Assembly (NCBI GenBank): GCA_013239625.1
Contig: MU054187.1
Location: 20,959,280 to 21,023,279, forward strand
DNA: 64,000 nucleotides
Reading direction: 5' to 3'
Origin: Lama guanicoe
Taxonomy: Eukaryota
The notes under the pieces were generated by a model. It worked only from the letters and a program-made list of their open reading frames with translations, did not search any database and was not told the DNA's origin. Shown here piece after piece: positions 61,741 through 64,000 of this stretch. Made by a program: the position numbers and the translations under genes. Numbering within the stretch: the stretch's first letter is position 1; every line of letters starts with the position of its first letter.

Positions 61741-63713
61741 ATGAAAAGTAGGTTTTTTAGTGAGTTTAAAGCAGGCATAGAGGGGCTGATCAGAATAGGC
61801 AGCACTGTATCAAAAATATAATTTTGATACCAATGTATAGAGGGGTTAAGATGACTAGCTGTTTAATGAGATCAAATAAGTGTTGCATTTCTTCAAGTAA
61901 TATCTCATATATCTTCACAAATTTCATATGCTTATACAAATTAAAGCTTAATATTTTCTTTAGATATTTGTCGAGTACCCAGACTTATCATCCACACCTT
62001 TATTTATCCTTATTACTTCAATCTATTTTTATCATTCCCTAAATATAAAGCAATTGTTACCCAATCTGTCTGTCAAAATACGAAGAATATATAAAAGAAA
62101 CATAAAATTGCTCTAAGTTAAAGTTTTACGTTTGGGAGAAATTATTGTTCAGAGGTTTGTTAAGAAAGTATGACAATCTAGGCACGTTTCCAGGGATTTT
62201 TTGGAAAATAGATTACCTTGCATGTAGTAGGTTGGGTAGTGTTTCATGAATGTTGAGTCAGTTTGTACATATTTATGTTGTCTGTCTTTATTGGGGCTCA
62301 AGAAAAGTCTATTTCTTAAAAGGACTGTGATTTTTAAAAAATGGGAAAGCTTCTGTTCTAGGTACAATTATTCTAAAATCTTTGTCTGCGATTCCTGCCA
62401 GCTCAGTCTCATGCAAAGTTGCACTGAGAGAGAATTCGAGAGATTATTTGTAGGTATAACCAGAAAATGATAATTCCATCAGTACTTGCCAAATCAAAGC
62501 TATGTCATCTTCTCCTCCAAAATTACAGTTTATAATTTTATTTTAAAATGTTTGTTCTTTGGTATTTTCATCCGAATGTCTTCTTGTTGCTTTAAATTCA
62601 CATTCTGCGCTGATATTTCCCCCGATCAGCTGTTCCTCCTGACTCCCCTGTTAGTGTTAAGGAATGATGTAAAATTGATGAGAATTAATTATGGTTACAG
62701 TAGTTATGGGTCATTAGGCCCCATGCATCAAGTCTTAGGAATTAGTTTCATTACTGTAAGAGTGATTTAGAAAATACATTTTCTTCTTTGACTTTTTAAA
62801 TTATTATTACGATCTGGTGTGACAGCTGTGTGTCTGTTTAGCAAATGTTAATCAAGGAACTATTTCGTGCCTGCCACTGCAAGTTAAAAGGCACCCTCCT
62901 GGCCCAGAGGGAGCAGGCATTCAAGCAGAGAATACAGACCGGTCAACAGATGACATTATGCATTGGGATAAATGCTTTGGCTGGCAATATAAAGCTGTCA
63001 GGGAGTGAATCAAAGAGATGCTCCCTCATTTTTGAGTATTCAGTGGCAATTTCTTTGTCCTGCAAGTGTTACTCAATCTGAGATATGAAGAATGAATCTA
63101 AGGTAGCCCCTAAAATCTGATTGTGGGAGTTACTAGTGTTCCAATCTGAGAAAGCAGAATACTGTGGGGAAGTGAAGGCGGAGGAGGGCCATGAATTGGA
63201 GTGGCAAGAGTAAGACCAGTTGAAGAACTTACCCTCCATCCTGAGCATAGAGGAAGTTGTCAGGCGTGTGAGAGAGCACACGCAAAACTACCGGCATGGA
63301 AGGATTCTGACAGCACGGCTAATCTAAGTGCACTTGACCGTAGATGGCTGGGTTAGCACTGACTCTTGAGAATGAGATGACCACTGGCCACACAGCGTAT
63401 GAATGACAGAATCCTGCAACTTTGTGTGCAGCTGGAAATGGTAAGAACATCAGTATTTAGAAAAGAATCTCCAAAGCTGTAAAACAGAGGAAGCACCTGT
63501 ATTTGCCTTGTGGTGATGGGGGAGGGCCCATTGTTTGCCGTATTAAATGTGAATGGCTCATCAAAGCCTTGTTTCGTAGATACACACACGCGCGCGCACG
63601 CGCGCGAACTTACGTGCCGTTCCCATACTGTGGATTTCAACCTCCACCAGTCTGTCCTTCAAATGGCCCTTAAGACTCAGGTCCCAGATCTTTGTTCAGT
63701 TACATTTCATGCT

Positions 63714-64000
63714 ATTCATTCATTCATTCATTCATTCAATTTGCTAGCATACATGTATATATTCAGTCAGTAAATCATTCAGTCATTTTTTGGACAAAAT
63801 TAATAAAACAAGGCATACTTCCAGTTTCTTTGGTAGACAAAATAATCTGAAGTGTACTTCTCTGTCCTTGAAGAGAAAATACTGTGTGTTCAGTCACAGC
63901 ACAAGTGTATATAAATTGCTCTGGGTCTTCATAAAGGAAACAAGGGTGATCTTATAGAGGCAGTGGGGTTTGAACTGAGTCTTGAAGAATGAGCGATCTG
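63714..64000 (-). mobile_element. L2 3' end with (TTCA)n tail
   Basis: (ATTC)n at 63714-63738 followed by L2-like sequence 'tttgaactgagtcttgaagaatgag'. Confidence 0.55.

Larger units (their letters stand above)
24247..64000 (+). other. Intron 1 of the + strand gene (continues past window end)
   Basis: Starts with GTGAGT; AT-rich, repeat-laden, no recognisable coding exon. Confidence 0.6.

Overview
Mammalian genomic DNA, most likely a camelid: it carries Vic-1-type tRNA-derived SINEs, cetartiodactyl-type L1 3' ends and an artiodactyl-type Tigger. I find no credible protein-coding exon, tRNA, rRNA or CRISPR array. Bases 1-22.9 kb are repeat-rich intergenic DNA. A two-lobed CpG-island promoter (~22980-25720) carries (CAG)12 and (GCC)8 tracts and a non-coding first exon on + ending at a consensus donor (TCG|GTGAGT, 24246). 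The remaining ~40 kb is AT-rich first intron. From memory the exon resembles the CCSER1 (FAM190A) 5'UTR exon 1; this is unverified. The most notable observations are: an intact antisense solo ERV1-type LTR with a phased array of eight CCAAT boxes and two octamers; a polyQ-encoding ORF spanning the first exon; several alternative donors; a three-tier L1>LTR>Tigger nest; an LTR inserted into a MER3 terminus; a twin-primed (5'-inverted) L1; and short local duplications flanking a Tigger. Repeat family names come from recalled consensus sequences, and boundaries without TSD support are approximate. I cannot support a wholly new biological system here.
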